A DNA stretch of 64,000 nt, taken from the NCBI GenBank assembly GCA_040005235.1, contig JBDTZG010000022.1:20319-84318 (forward strand). Reading direction: 5' to 3'. This document shows, piece by piece, positions 55,648 through 64,000 of the stretch (its first letter is position 1; the number at the start of each line of letters is the position of its first letter). The notes under the pieces are model-generated. The model ran no database searches, had not been told where the DNA came from, and saw only the letters and a list, made by a program, of their open reading frames with translations. Source of the stretch: Acidobacteriota bacterium. GTDB taxonomy: Bacteria > Acidobacteriota > Thermoanaerobaculia > Multivoradales > UBA5704. Made by a program: the position numbers and the translations under genes.

Positions 55648-58435
55648 CGCTCGCTGCCGCGCGGGATGCGATGGCCGCGGCTTGGGCCGAGAGCCGGGGT
55701 AGCTCGACGCGGAAGGCCGCTCCGGGGTGTGCGGGCGTGCGGCTCTCCACGGTGATCCGGCCGCCATGGCGGGCGGCGATGTCCGAGCTGATCGACAGGC
55801 CGAGTCCCGTCCCGCCGGTCCCCAGCTTGGTCGAGAAAAGCGGCTCGAAGATTCGGCCCAGGTGCTCGGGCGCAATGCCCGGTCCGTCGTCCACCACCTC
55901 GACGACCAGGAAGTCCGAGGCGCTTTCGATGCGGACTTCCAGCCGGCCGCGGCCCCGCGGCGACATGGCATCGAGCGCGTTCAGAAAGAGGTTTGTGAAA
56001 ATCTGCTGCAGCTCGCCGTCGCAGCCGTCGATGACCAGCGGACCTTCGCTCGAAGCGGCGTCCGACCGCCAGTCGATCTCGATCCGGCGCTTGGCGAAAC
56101 GGTCGGCCAGCAGCTCAAGAGTCTCACCGATCAGACCGGCGACGTCGACCGGGCCGCGCTCGCTCGGCCGCTTGCGCGCGAATTCGAGCAGGTTGTTGAC
56201 GATCCGCGCGGCGCGGAAGGTCTGGCGCTCCATCTTCTGCAGGATCTCGCGACGCGGATCGCCTTCCGGCGTGTCTTCGAGCAGCATCTGGGCGTAGCTC
56301 GAAATGCCGGCGATCGGCGTATTCACCTCGTGCGCGACGCCGGCGGCGAGCAGACCGAGGGCGGCCAGGCGGTCCTGTTCGCGCAACGCCCCCTCCATCG
56401 CCACCCGTTCCGTGATGTCGTGGATCACCAAAACTTGCAGCCGACGCGAGGGATCGCCCAGGAACTCCGCGAGTGTCAGTTGAAGGTGGCGGTCGACGCC
56501 TTTCGAATCGCTCCAATCGGCCTCGATCAACCCTTTGCCGGGCTCGGGCAGGCGGACGGTCAAGACCTCGGCGAGAGCGCGATTTTCGAGCGCCGCCGGA
56601 GCGCGCTCGACCAGTAGGGAGAAAGCGAGGTTGGCCGAGACGATGCGATGCTCCTGCGGATCGAGCACGGCGATCGCTGCGGGCGACGATTCGAAGATTC
56701 CAGCGCTGTAGCGCTCCAGGCGCTCGACTTCGCCGAGCCGGTCACTCAGTTGGTCGACCAGCTGGGCGTTCTCGATCGCGAGCGCCGCCTGGTCGAGGAG
56801 GTGGCGGACCAGGTCGAGATCCTCGGCCGAAAGGGGGCTGCCGTCGAGCTTGTAACCGAGCAGGACGATCCCGACCCGGCTGCCGCGCACGGAGAGCGGC
56901 AGGGCATAGCGGAAGCCGCCGATGAACAGCACCTGTTCGCTCGGCGGCACTTCCGCTGGCAGCGCGATCGGCGACAGGCGGCGGCAGCCGTTGCGCCAAA
57001 GGTCTTCGCCGATCGCGTCGAACGGCAACCGCAGCGGCAGGCTCGGATCGGCACCGAACAGTTCGAGCACCGCGCCTTGCGCGAGGTAGAGGTTCGTACG
57101 GTCGAGCTCCAGGCTCTGTTGCATCTCGCCGAGCAATTTTTCGCACAGCCGGCCGAGGTCGCGCTCGTGGAGCAACTCGCGGCCGAAGCTCGCGAGCGCC
57201 CGGCGCTGGCGGAACGAACCGCCGTACTGCACCCTTTCGAGCAGGGTCGAGACCGTCCGGCGCGTGGGCACCAGGAGCGCCGCGATGCCGACACCGGCGA
57301 CGAACGAAAGCAGGTTCCGGGCGGCGGCCAGCTCGGGCGACAAACCGCGGTTGATCCCGAGGTTGATCAGCGAAAAGCCGATCGCGCCGAGCAGCAGCGT
57401 GAGCGTCGCGGATAGGGCGTCGCGGACGATCGATTCGAGGTCCCACAGCTTGTAGCGCAGGATCGCGTAAGCGAACGTCAGCGGCACCAACGCGAGCGGC
57501 AGGACGGCCAGTGCGTTCCAGGTTTCGTTCGCGCGCAGGCCGAAGACGAACGGCAGAACGTAGAGCGCCACGAACGGCAGGTAGCCGCCCGCCAGTCCGA
57601 ACGCGATCCAGCGCACCTGGCGCTGCCCTTCGAGATCGCGACCGCGCGCGATGCGCCAAGCGAGCAGCGCGATCGCTGCGATCGCCGCGCCGATCAGATG
57701 GGCGAGATCGAGCCGGTCGAGCGCCCAGATCGCCCCCGCGTTCGGCCGCAGGAAGATCACGTCGAACTGAAGCGTCGCAAGCAGCGCGGCCGGCAGGTAG
57801 AGGAAAGGCAGCAGGCGCCCCTCCTTCCAGCGCGCCGGACGAAGCGGCGACGGGAAGGTGAGGAACAGGTGCAGGGTGAGCGGCGCCAGGAACAGCCGGG
57901 CCAGCTCGTCGAAGACGTAGATCGCGCGGTCGAGTTGGTCGCCCGGCGGCATCAGCGGCGAGAGCAGGTAGAACGCGGCCGAAACCAGGCACCACAGGTA
58001 GAACAGGTAGCTGTGCCGCTCGCGCTGGCGGATCAGGGTGTACAGGCCGATCAGCAGATAGGCGGCGCCGGTGAGCGCCAGGATCAGGTAGGGGGTGTCG
58101 AGGTTGAACGCCGGGCGCCGGTATGAGATTTCGGCGATCTGCCCCTCGCGCTCGACCACCAGGGCGCTCGCCGGCCGACCGATCAGGGCGCTGCGCAGCG
58201 CCTCGGGGCTCTGGATCGCTTCGCCGTTGGCGAGGACGATCTTGTCGCCCGCCGCCAAACCGGTCGCCGGGTCACCAACCTGGACAACTTGTTGAGTTCC
58301 TTCGAGGAACGCGACGGTGAAGCCGAGGGGTTGGAAGGTCTCTGCCCGCCGGAAGAAGCTCGTGCCTCCGATCACCGCGACGAAAGCGGCGAGCAGGAGG
58401 GCGAGGGCGAGGCGGGTTGCGCCGAGACGTTTCAT
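55640..58435 (-). CDS. Membrane sensor histidine kinase (PDZ-like, multi-TM, GAF, PAS, HisKA/HATPase)
   Basis: AHEVNTP, NLFLNALDA, DDGPGI and GTGLGL boxes; GLAAGDKIVLANG is PDZ-like. Confidence 0.92.
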   Translation of the reverse strand: MKRLGATRLALALLLAAFVAVIGGTSFFRRAETFQPLGFTVAFLEGTQQVVQVGDPATGLAAGDKIVLANGEAIQSPEALRSALIGRPASALVVEREGQIAEISYRRPAFNLDTPYLILALTGAAYLLIGLYTLIRQRERHSYLFYLWCLVSAAFYLLSPLMPPGDQLDRAIYVFDELARLFLAPLTLHLFLTFPSPLRPARWKEGRLLPFLYLPAALLATLQFDVIFLRPNAGAIWALDRLDLAHLIGAAIAAIALLAWRIARGRDLEGQRQVRWIAFGLAGGYLPFVALYVLPFVFGLRANETWNALAVLPLALVPLTFAYAILRYKLWDLESIVRDALSATLTLLLGAIGFSLINLGINRGLSPELAAARNLLSFVAGVGIAALLVPTRRTVSTLLERVQYGGSFRQRRALASFGRELLHERDLGRLCEKLLGEMQQSLELDRTNLYLAQGAVLELFGADPSLPLRLPFDAIGEDLWRNGCRRLSPIALPAEVPPSEQVLFIGGFRYALPLSVRGSRVGIVLLGYKLDGSPLSAEDLDLVRHLLDQAALAIENAQLVDQLSDRLGEVERLERYSAGIFESSPAAIAVLDPQEHRIVSANLAFSLLVERAPAALENRALAEVLTVRLPEPGKGLIEADWSDSKGVDRHLQLTLAEFLGDPSRRLQVLVIHDITERVAMEGALREQDRLAALGLLAAGVAHEVNTPIAGISSYAQMLLEDTPEGDPRREILQKMERQTFRAARIVNNLLEFARKRPSERGPVDVAGLIGETLELLADRFAKRRIEIDWRSDAASSEGPLVIDGCDGELQQIFTNLFLNALDAMSPRGRGRLEVRIESASDFLVVEVVDDGPGIAPEHLGRIFEPLFSTKLGTGGTGLGLSISSDIAARHGGRITVESRTPAHPGAAFRVELPRLSAQAAAIASRAAASDA

Positions 58436-58477
58436 GCTGAAGACACCGATGCTTTACGAACTTCGACAGAGCGCTTC

Positions 58478-58493
58478 AGCAGGTTTCGTGCCA
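58478..58493 (-). promoter_or_regulatory. sigma54 -24/-12 promoter for the kinase-regulator operon
   Basis: Minus strand TGGCACGAAACCTGCT (GG-N10-GC); upstream repeats CCGGAAATC at 58576 and 58612 may be enhancer sites. Confidence 0.65.
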
Positions 58494-58664
58494 CCGACAC
58501 GAAAATTTGAATCGCCCGGAAGTCACGGTTTTCTAAGGGATTTCGGATCCTTCCGTCCAAACAGGTGGATGGAATCCGGAAATCTGAATTCAACGAATTC
58601 GAGCCGGCGAACCGGAAATCCAGGCGGCTCGACGCCGCTTATCTGACGGTCGAAAACGGGAGGA

Positions 58665-60677
58665 CTAGAAGCGAACCGCAAAACCACCGACGAAGCGCTT
58701 GCGCAGCTCGTCGTCGCCGCCGCGCACGGTCAGGTCGGCGCCTGCCGGCCGAGCGACTTCGGACCCGCGGCTGACCTCTACGTCCAGGCGCACGATCCAG
58801 TCGGTTCCGAGGTCCACTAGGACGTTCAGGTTCTGCGACACCACCAGGCGAAGCTTCTCGAACTCCGCTTCCGAGCCGCCGCTCCTGGCGCTCCGCTTCA
58901 CCGGCTGCAGATCCTGGGTGAGCTTGTGGAAGGCTAGGAAAACGCCCGTCTCGGTCGCCTTGAACTGGGTGTCGAGAGAGGTGACCGCATAGCTCAGGCG
59001 GTTCTCATAATGCTTGCGGTCGGTGGCGAAGAAGATGCCGCCGCCGCCTGAGGCGTAGCTCGAGGAGAGCTTCGAGATGACCCGCGGCGCCAGCCGGTGC
59101 TGCAGTTCGAATTGGACTTCCGGCAACCGGTCGCCGCGCACCAGGTAGAGGCTCTCCTCGCGGTCGAGCAGATCCTCGCTAAAGTAGAGCCGGGAGGTCT
59201 CGGTGATCGTTCTCTGCGCCGCGCCGAGCGAGATCTTGTCGTCGTCGTCCTTCTTCCGCGACAGGGTCAACGAGTAGCACGACTCGCCCCCCTGCTCGCA
59301 GAAGTCGGCGGAGCGCATGAGCACCGGGAGGAAGTCTGTTCGCAGGTCTTCGGCGTTCTGGAACACCCGTCGGCTAAACGAGGTCTCCGCCTGCCAGGTC
59401 GGCCCAAGCTGAACCACGACGCCGCCCTTGGGGGTCAAGGCGACCGAACCGTCGCGCAGAGTCGAGAACATGCCGTACTCGACCAGCACCGCGGGGCTGA
59501 TCCGGACGCCGCCTTGGCCGAAGACGTCGACGTTTGCCCGGTTGGCTTCGTCGAGCTCGTTGCCGCGGCCGAACCCGACCAGCTCGGACTGGCGCTCCCG
59601 GTACCGCACACCCGCCTGGATCGTCCCGCTGTCACCGAGCGCCGCGGTGTAGCTCCCCTCGAACAGCCAGGCCCGCGACGCCTCCGGAATGTCCGGCGGA
59701 TCGAACAGTCCCACCCGGTGGTAGTTGCTTTCGCTCGTGTATTGGGCAGCGAAGTCGGAGCGACCGCTCTTGCCGTGCTCCTGCGACCAACTGACCCGAT
59801 AGTTCTCGAAATCGACCGGCTGGCCCGCGTCGTCCCGGCCGAACGAAAAGCCGCCGCCGGCCGGACGGCCGGTCAGCCGGTTGGTGAGCGAGGTCACGGA
59901 GATTTGATTCGACGAGCCGTTCCCTACCGCCAACGAAAGCGCGCGGACCTCGCCGTCGGTAAAGGACTGGGTACTGGCCGCGCCGCTCGCGAGTTGCAAC
60001 AGTTTGCCGGAAAGGCCGACCTGCAGTTTGCCGATTCGACCCTCGACGTCCACCTGGCCGCCCTTCATTTGCGACTGAGCGCCCGCGAGGGTCGAATCGA
60101 CCCCCGACACCGCCGCCAGCTCGGTTTTGAAATCGGCGAAATCGCTCGCGGCGGTTCCCGAAGTCCCGTGGGAAGCTTCCAGCTGGGCCGAGGCGAGGCT
60201 CACGGCCTCGATGTCGCGCAGCACGTCGGCGGGGATCTTCGAGCGGATGCTCCAGAAGTCCGCCGCCTGGCCCCCCGCGCCGGAAGCGCTCGCGGCTTGC
60301 CGGGCCAGCTGGATTTCGAGGAACTGGTACGCCTCGGCGGTTGACCGGGTCAGCCGCACGACCGCGGGGACGAAGCCGATGCGGTGCGCGATGATGTTGT
60401 AGACGCCGGCCGGAAGCTGGTCGAAGCGGAAATTGCCCTGGAGGTCGGTGGCGACTTTCTGCAAGCTGCGATCGACCACTTGGTAGGCATAGACCGCCGC
60501 CGCGCCGAGCGGGTTGCTCGCGCCCATCACCCGGCCGGCGACCGCCCCCCGGGTATTGGACGCAGACGACGCGCCGGTCGTAGAACCGCTCGAGGGCGCT
60601 TGAGAGCGGGCCACACCGGGAGCTACCGCCAAAAGGATGGCGGCGACGGTCACCGGTAGACTCTTGCGCGCTTTCAT
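58665..60677 (-). CDS. Outer membrane protein with carboxypeptidase-regulatory-like N-terminal domain
   Basis: Signal peptide; TDLQGNFRFDQLPAGVYNI motif; beta-strand body ending in F. Confidence 0.7.
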   Translation of the reverse strand: MKARKSLPVTVAAILLAVAPGVARSQAPSSGSTTGASSASNTRGAVAGRVMGASNPLGAAAVYAYQVVDRSLQKVATDLQGNFRFDQLPAGVYNIIAHRIGFVPAVVRLTRSTAEAYQFLEIQLARQAASASGAGGQAADFWSIRSKIPADVLRDIEAVSLASAQLEASHGTSGTAASDFADFKTELAAVSGVDSTLAGAQSQMKGGQVDVEGRIGKLQVGLSGKLLQLASGAASTQSFTDGEVRALSLAVGNGSSNQISVTSLTNRLTGRPAGGGFSFGRDDAGQPVDFENYRVSWSQEHGKSGRSDFAAQYTSESNYHRVGLFDPPDIPEASRAWLFEGSYTAALGDSGTIQAGVRYRERQSELVGFGRGNELDEANRANVDVFGQGGVRISPAVLVEYGMFSTLRDGSVALTPKGGVVVQLGPTWQAETSFSRRVFQNAEDLRTDFLPVLMRSADFCEQGGESCYSLTLSRKKDDDDKISLGAAQRTITETSRLYFSEDLLDREESLYLVRGDRLPEVQFELQHRLAPRVISKLSSSYASGGGGIFFATDRKHYENRLSYAVTSLDTQFKATETGVFLAFHKLTQDLQPVKRSARSGGSEAEFEKLRLVVSQNLNVLVDLGTDWIVRLDVEVSRGSEVARPAGADLTVRGGDDELRKRFVGGFAVRF

Positions 60678-60784
60678 TTCGTCTGCCCCTACGTGTGCCG
60701 GAGTCTAGACCTCCCCGTCGCGGTCGTCAAACCCCCCATCCCAACGCACCTCGATCCATCCCATTTGGCCCTCCGCCCGACCGG

Positions 60785-61477
60785 TCATAGGGGGGTGCGG
60801 GCGGCGGTCAGGGCAAACACCTCCTCCGCTCCCGCCGCGCGGAGCGCGTAGGCAGCCGCTTCGAGCGTCGCCCCGGTGGTCGTCACGTCGTCCACCAGAA
60901 GGACACGCCGGCCGGCCACGGCCGACGCACGATCGACCCGGAAGGCCCCGGCGAGATTCGCCAACCGGTCGGCGCGGCCCAGCCGTGCCTGGGCTGCGGT
61001 CGCCCGGCGCCGCCTCAAGACCCGCGCGGATGGCAGACCCAAACGGACGGCGAGTGGTGCTGCGATCCGCTCCGCCTGATCGAAGCCGCGCGCGACCCGG
61101 CGGGTCCAATGGAGCGGCACCGGCACCACCAGATCCGCCGCGGCAAGCTCGCCGCCGAACGCCGAGGCCAGCTCCAGGGCCAGGTGCCGGCCGAGGTAGT
61201 CGAGGCGACGGAACTTGAGCGCCAGGATGACCGCATCGAGCGGCGGCTCGTAACGCCAGAGGGAAAGAATGCGCAAAGCGGCCGGCCCGACGAGGGGATC
61301 GATCGGCAACGCCGGGCGCAGCCGAGCCCGGCAGCCGAGACAGAGATGGAGCGACTCCCGGCCCGCGAGCTGCCGCCCGCAGCCGAGGCAGGCGACCGGA
61401 AACAGCCAGCGTGCGAAGGTCTCGCGCACCCGGCGCGCGACGCCCGCGGCGTGGGCTCCGTAGAAAGGTTCGGCCAT
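60785..61477 (-). CDS. comF: ComF-family phosphoribosyltransferase-like protein
   Basis: CxxC...CxxC, VPVPLH...RGFDQ and LLVDDVTTTGAT motifs. Confidence 0.9.
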   Translation of the reverse strand: MAEPFYGAHAAGVARRVRETFARWLFPVACLGCGRQLAGRESLHLCLGCRARLRPALPIDPLVGPAALRILSLWRYEPPLDAVILALKFRRLDYLGRHLALELASAFGGELAAADLVVPVPLHWTRRVARGFDQAERIAAPLAVRLGLPSARVLRRRRATAAQARLGRADRLANLAGAFRVDRASAVAGRRVLLVDDVTTTGATLEAAAYALRAAGAEEVFALTAARTPL

Positions 61478-61573
61478 CGGGCGAAAGGGGGCGCGTTATA
61501 CTCCCAGGCCGCGACGCCCCGCGAAGGGCGAAATCGTCGGCGCCGAGAGGCGTCGGTCCACCGAGGAGGGGTC

Positions 61574-62155
61574 TTGAAGCCAGAGCTCGATCATTCTGTT
61601 TCCGTCGTCCGGGTCGGAAGAATCGCCCGTTTCGCCCGGCTCGCCGCCGTCCTCGCCGGGTTTGGCTTGGGCGCAACCGCCCTGCAGGCGCAGGAACTTT
61701 ACACTTTTACCGTCGGCGTCCTGGGCGGGATCGCCGGCTCTCCCGACACTCAGAGCACCAGCTTCGATCGCCAGAGCCTTCAGCTCAATCTTCAGTTCGA
61801 GACCGATGCCCGCACCCAGGTGGGCATCCGAGTCGGGCAGGTCGACTTGACCGGCCAGGGCGAGCGGCTGAATGGCCTGTTCGAGCCCAAGCTCCAGTAC
61901 GTGACGATCGGCGGCGAATACCGGACCCGGCAGTCCTATTACGACTCCGGCATCTTCATCTCGCTCGGCGGCTATCGACTGGAAGGCTCGGGCGGCTCCA
62001 GCAAGACCGCGGCGGGTCTTTCAGCAGGTGCCACGGGCGAGTTCACGTTCAACCGCCACTTCGGCGTGATCGCCGAGGTCGCCGTCCACTACGCGGATTT
62101 GGACGACTTGCAGTATTTCGGCAGCGGCCAGATCGGGCTGGCGTTCCACTTCTAG
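61574..62155 (+). CDS. Small outer membrane beta-barrel protein
   Basis: Signal ending ALQA, alternating beta strands, terminal ...GLAFHF; start uncertain. Confidence 0.7.
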   Translation: MKPELDHSVSVVRVGRIARFARLAAVLAGFGLGATALQAQELYTFTVGVLGGIAGSPDTQSTSFDRQSLQLNLQFETDARTQVGIRVGQVDLTGQGERLNGLFEPKLQYVTIGGEYRTRQSYYDSGIFISLGGYRLEGSGGSSKTAAGLSAGATGEFTFNRHFGVIAEVAVHYADLDDLQYFGSGQIGLAFHF

Positions 62156-62721
62156 AGCCGGTCCGCGATCTTCTTCCTCACCGCGGCGTCGTCCCAGTTG
62201 GTGGCGCCGACGAATTTCTCCACCACTTGGCCCCGGTCGATCAGGTACGACTCGGGGATTTGGGTGCTGCCGTAGCGGTGGGCGACGTCCCAGCTCGGAT
62301 CGAACAGCAGCGAGTCGTCCGGTTCGCCACCGAGGAACTCGCGAGCCTTGCCAGGATCGTCGGCGACGGCAATCATCACCACCTTGAAGTTGTGCCGGTC
62401 GGCGAAGTCGTGGCGGAACCGCTGGAGCGCCGGAATCTCCTGAACGCACGGAGGACACCAGGTCGCCCAGAAATGGACCAGCGTGACCTCCCCCATCCGT
62501 TCGCCCAGCTTCGCCGGACGCCCTGCGGCGTCGATCGCGAACCCGCCCGGGGCCGTCGTCCGGGGATGTTCCCCCTTCGGCCAGAACAACGCGACCGCGG
62601 CAGCCACGACCAAAGCTGCCATCCACCAGCGCGTATCGATGCCGGTTTTGGGGGCGGCGGGACCTGGAGGGGCGGGCGAACCGCCGGTCGGTTGAACCTC
62701 GGAGTCGTTTCCTGTCACCAT
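62152..62721 (-). CDS. TlpA/ResA-family thiol-disulfide oxidoreductase
   Basis: HFWATWCPPC...IPESYLID...VGATNW motifs; N-terminal TM. Confidence 0.9.
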   Translation of the reverse strand: MVTGNDSEVQPTGGSPAPPGPAAPKTGIDTRWWMAALVVAAAVALFWPKGEHPRTTAPGGFAIDAAGRPAKLGERMGEVTLVHFWATWCPPCVQEIPALQRFRHDFADRHNFKVVMIAVADDPGKAREFLGGEPDDSLLFDPSWDVAHRYGSTQIPESYLIDRGQVVEKFVGATNWDDAAVRKKIADRL

Positions 62722-62742
62722 GAGTCGAGGACCTCGAAAATC

Positions 62743-63852
62743 TTGAGCACCGAACCCGCATTGTATCGTCCGAATCGCTCCGTCGAAGCCGGGCGGCCCG
62801 CAATCGAAAAAGCGCTTCTGGTCGGCGTCATCCTTCCCACCCAACCGGCGTTCGTGGTCGAAGAGCATCTCGACGAGTTGGAGCAACTGGTCGGCAGCGC
62901 GGGGGTGGAGGTCGTCGGCCGCGCGGTCCAGGCGAGGAAGGCGCTCGAAGCCGCGACGTTCATCGGCAGCGGCAAGGCGAAGGAGATCGCCGAGCTGGCT
63001 CGCGAACGGGGCGCCGCGATGCTCGTCTTCGACGACGACCTGTCGCCCAGCCAGGTGAAGAACCTGGAGGAGATCGCCCAGCTGCCGGTGCTCGATCGCA
63101 GCGGCGTGATCCTGGAGATCTTCAACCAGCGCGCCCGCACCAGCGAGGCGAAGACCCAGGTGGAGCTGGCGCGTTCGAAATATCTGTTGCCCCGCCTCAC
63201 CCGCCAATGGAGCCACCTGTCGCGCCAAGGGGGCGGCAAGGGAACCCGCGGCGGCGAAGGCGAAAAGCAGCTGGAGCAGGACCGCCGTCTGCTGCGTGGC
63301 CGGATCAAGCATCTGGAATCCGATCTGAAGCGGATCGAGCGGACCCGCGAAGTTCAGCGCCAGGGCCGCACGAAGGTGCCCGAGATCGCGCTCACCGGCT
63401 ACACCAACGCGGGAAAATCGACCCTGTTCAACCGCCTTACCAAAGCCGGCACCCTCGCCGAGGACCGTCTGTTCGCGACGCTCGACGCGAAGCTCCGCCG
63501 CGGCATCGTCGACGGCTCGGGTCCAGTGGTCTACGCCGATACCGTAGGGTTCATCCGCAAGCTGCCCCACCACCTGATCTCGTCGTTCCGCAGCACGCTC
63601 GGCGAAGCGGCGGCGGCCGATCTGGTGATCCATCTGATCGACCGCAGCCATCCCCGCTGGCAGGAGCAGATGGAAGTGGCCGACGCGGTCCTCGCCGACC
63701 TCGGGGTCGAGCCGGAAAAGATCCTCAAGGTGTTCAACAAGATGGACCGCCTGGGACCGGAAGAAGAACCCGGCCCTGGCGAAATCTGGATCTCGGCCGA
63801 GACCGGGGAAGGAATGGACAGCCTTCACGCAGCGCTCGCCGAGCGGCTTTAG
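62743..63852 (+). CDS. hflX: GTPase HflX
   Basis: GSGKAKE, EAKTQVELA, GYTNAGKS, LFATLD, DTVGFI and NKMD motifs. Confidence 0.96.
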   Translation: MSTEPALYRPNRSVEAGRPAIEKALLVGVILPTQPAFVVEEHLDELEQLVGSAGVEVVGRAVQARKALEAATFIGSGKAKEIAELARERGAAMLVFDDDLSPSQVKNLEEIAQLPVLDRSGVILEIFNQRARTSEAKTQVELARSKYLLPRLTRQWSHLSRQGGGKGTRGGEGEKQLEQDRRLLRGRIKHLESDLKRIERTREVQRQGRTKVPEIALTGYTNAGKSTLFNRLTKAGTLAEDRLFATLDAKLRRGIVDGSGPVVYADTVGFIRKLPHHLISSFRSTLGEAAAADLVIHLIDRSHPRWQEQMEVADAVLADLGVEPEKILKVFNKMDRLGPEEEPGPGEIWISAETGEGMDSLHAALAERL

Positions 63853-63933
63853 AGGGTCGGGCGGCCACGCGAGCTCGCCGGGACGGGAGTACCAGCCGCT
63901 CGCCGCCGAATCCTGCTATCAGCCGGGCGCGGT

Positions 63934-63962
63934 TTGACACCTCCTCCCCCCGCCGCTAGACT
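63934..63962 (+). promoter_or_regulatory. sigma70 promoter of the tRNA gene
   Basis: TTGACA-N17-TAGACT followed by a GC-rich discriminator. Confidence 0.8.
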
Positions 63963-63974
63963 CTGCCGCCGCGT

Positions 63975-64000
63975 GGGGCCGTAGCTCAGTTGGGAGAGCG
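63975..64000 (+). tRNA. tRNA 5' end, probably tRNA-Ala (truncated; anticodon not visible)
   Basis: GGGGCCGTAGCTCAGTTGGGAGAGCG matches the canonical tRNA-Ala 5' end and D-arm. Confidence 0.8.

Overview
GC-rich bacterial chromosome segment. Gene content suggests Acidobacteriota, possibly Thermoanaerobaculia-like; this is inference only. Most of the window is housekeeping and envelope genes: nadK end, tamB-bamA/tamA, Leu/Glu dehydrogenase, blaI-blaR1-like pair, a polyprenyl-linked glycosylation cluster, rsmI/surA, slt-murA-prmC, peptidases, a PAS-GGDEF-EAL protein, a sigma54 two-component system, comF, tlpA, hflX and the start of a tRNA-Ala. The most unusual part is an integrase-less accessory patch (~9.4-16.8 kb) downstream of tRNA-Sec (selC). 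It holds an ImmA/IrrE zinc-peptidase + PIN gene pair, a DUF4238 gene, an intact RHH-VapC pair, orphan antitoxins, an internally deleted parE and a diverged fragment of the neighbouring PLP-enzyme gene. It also has two different 21-bp-phased palindromic repeat arrays, each directly upstream of a PIN-nuclease operon. Also seen: many apparently leaderless genes, a perfectly symmetric bidirectional extended -10 promoter, and sigma54 promoters. All family assignments come from motif recognition by eye, not from database searches.
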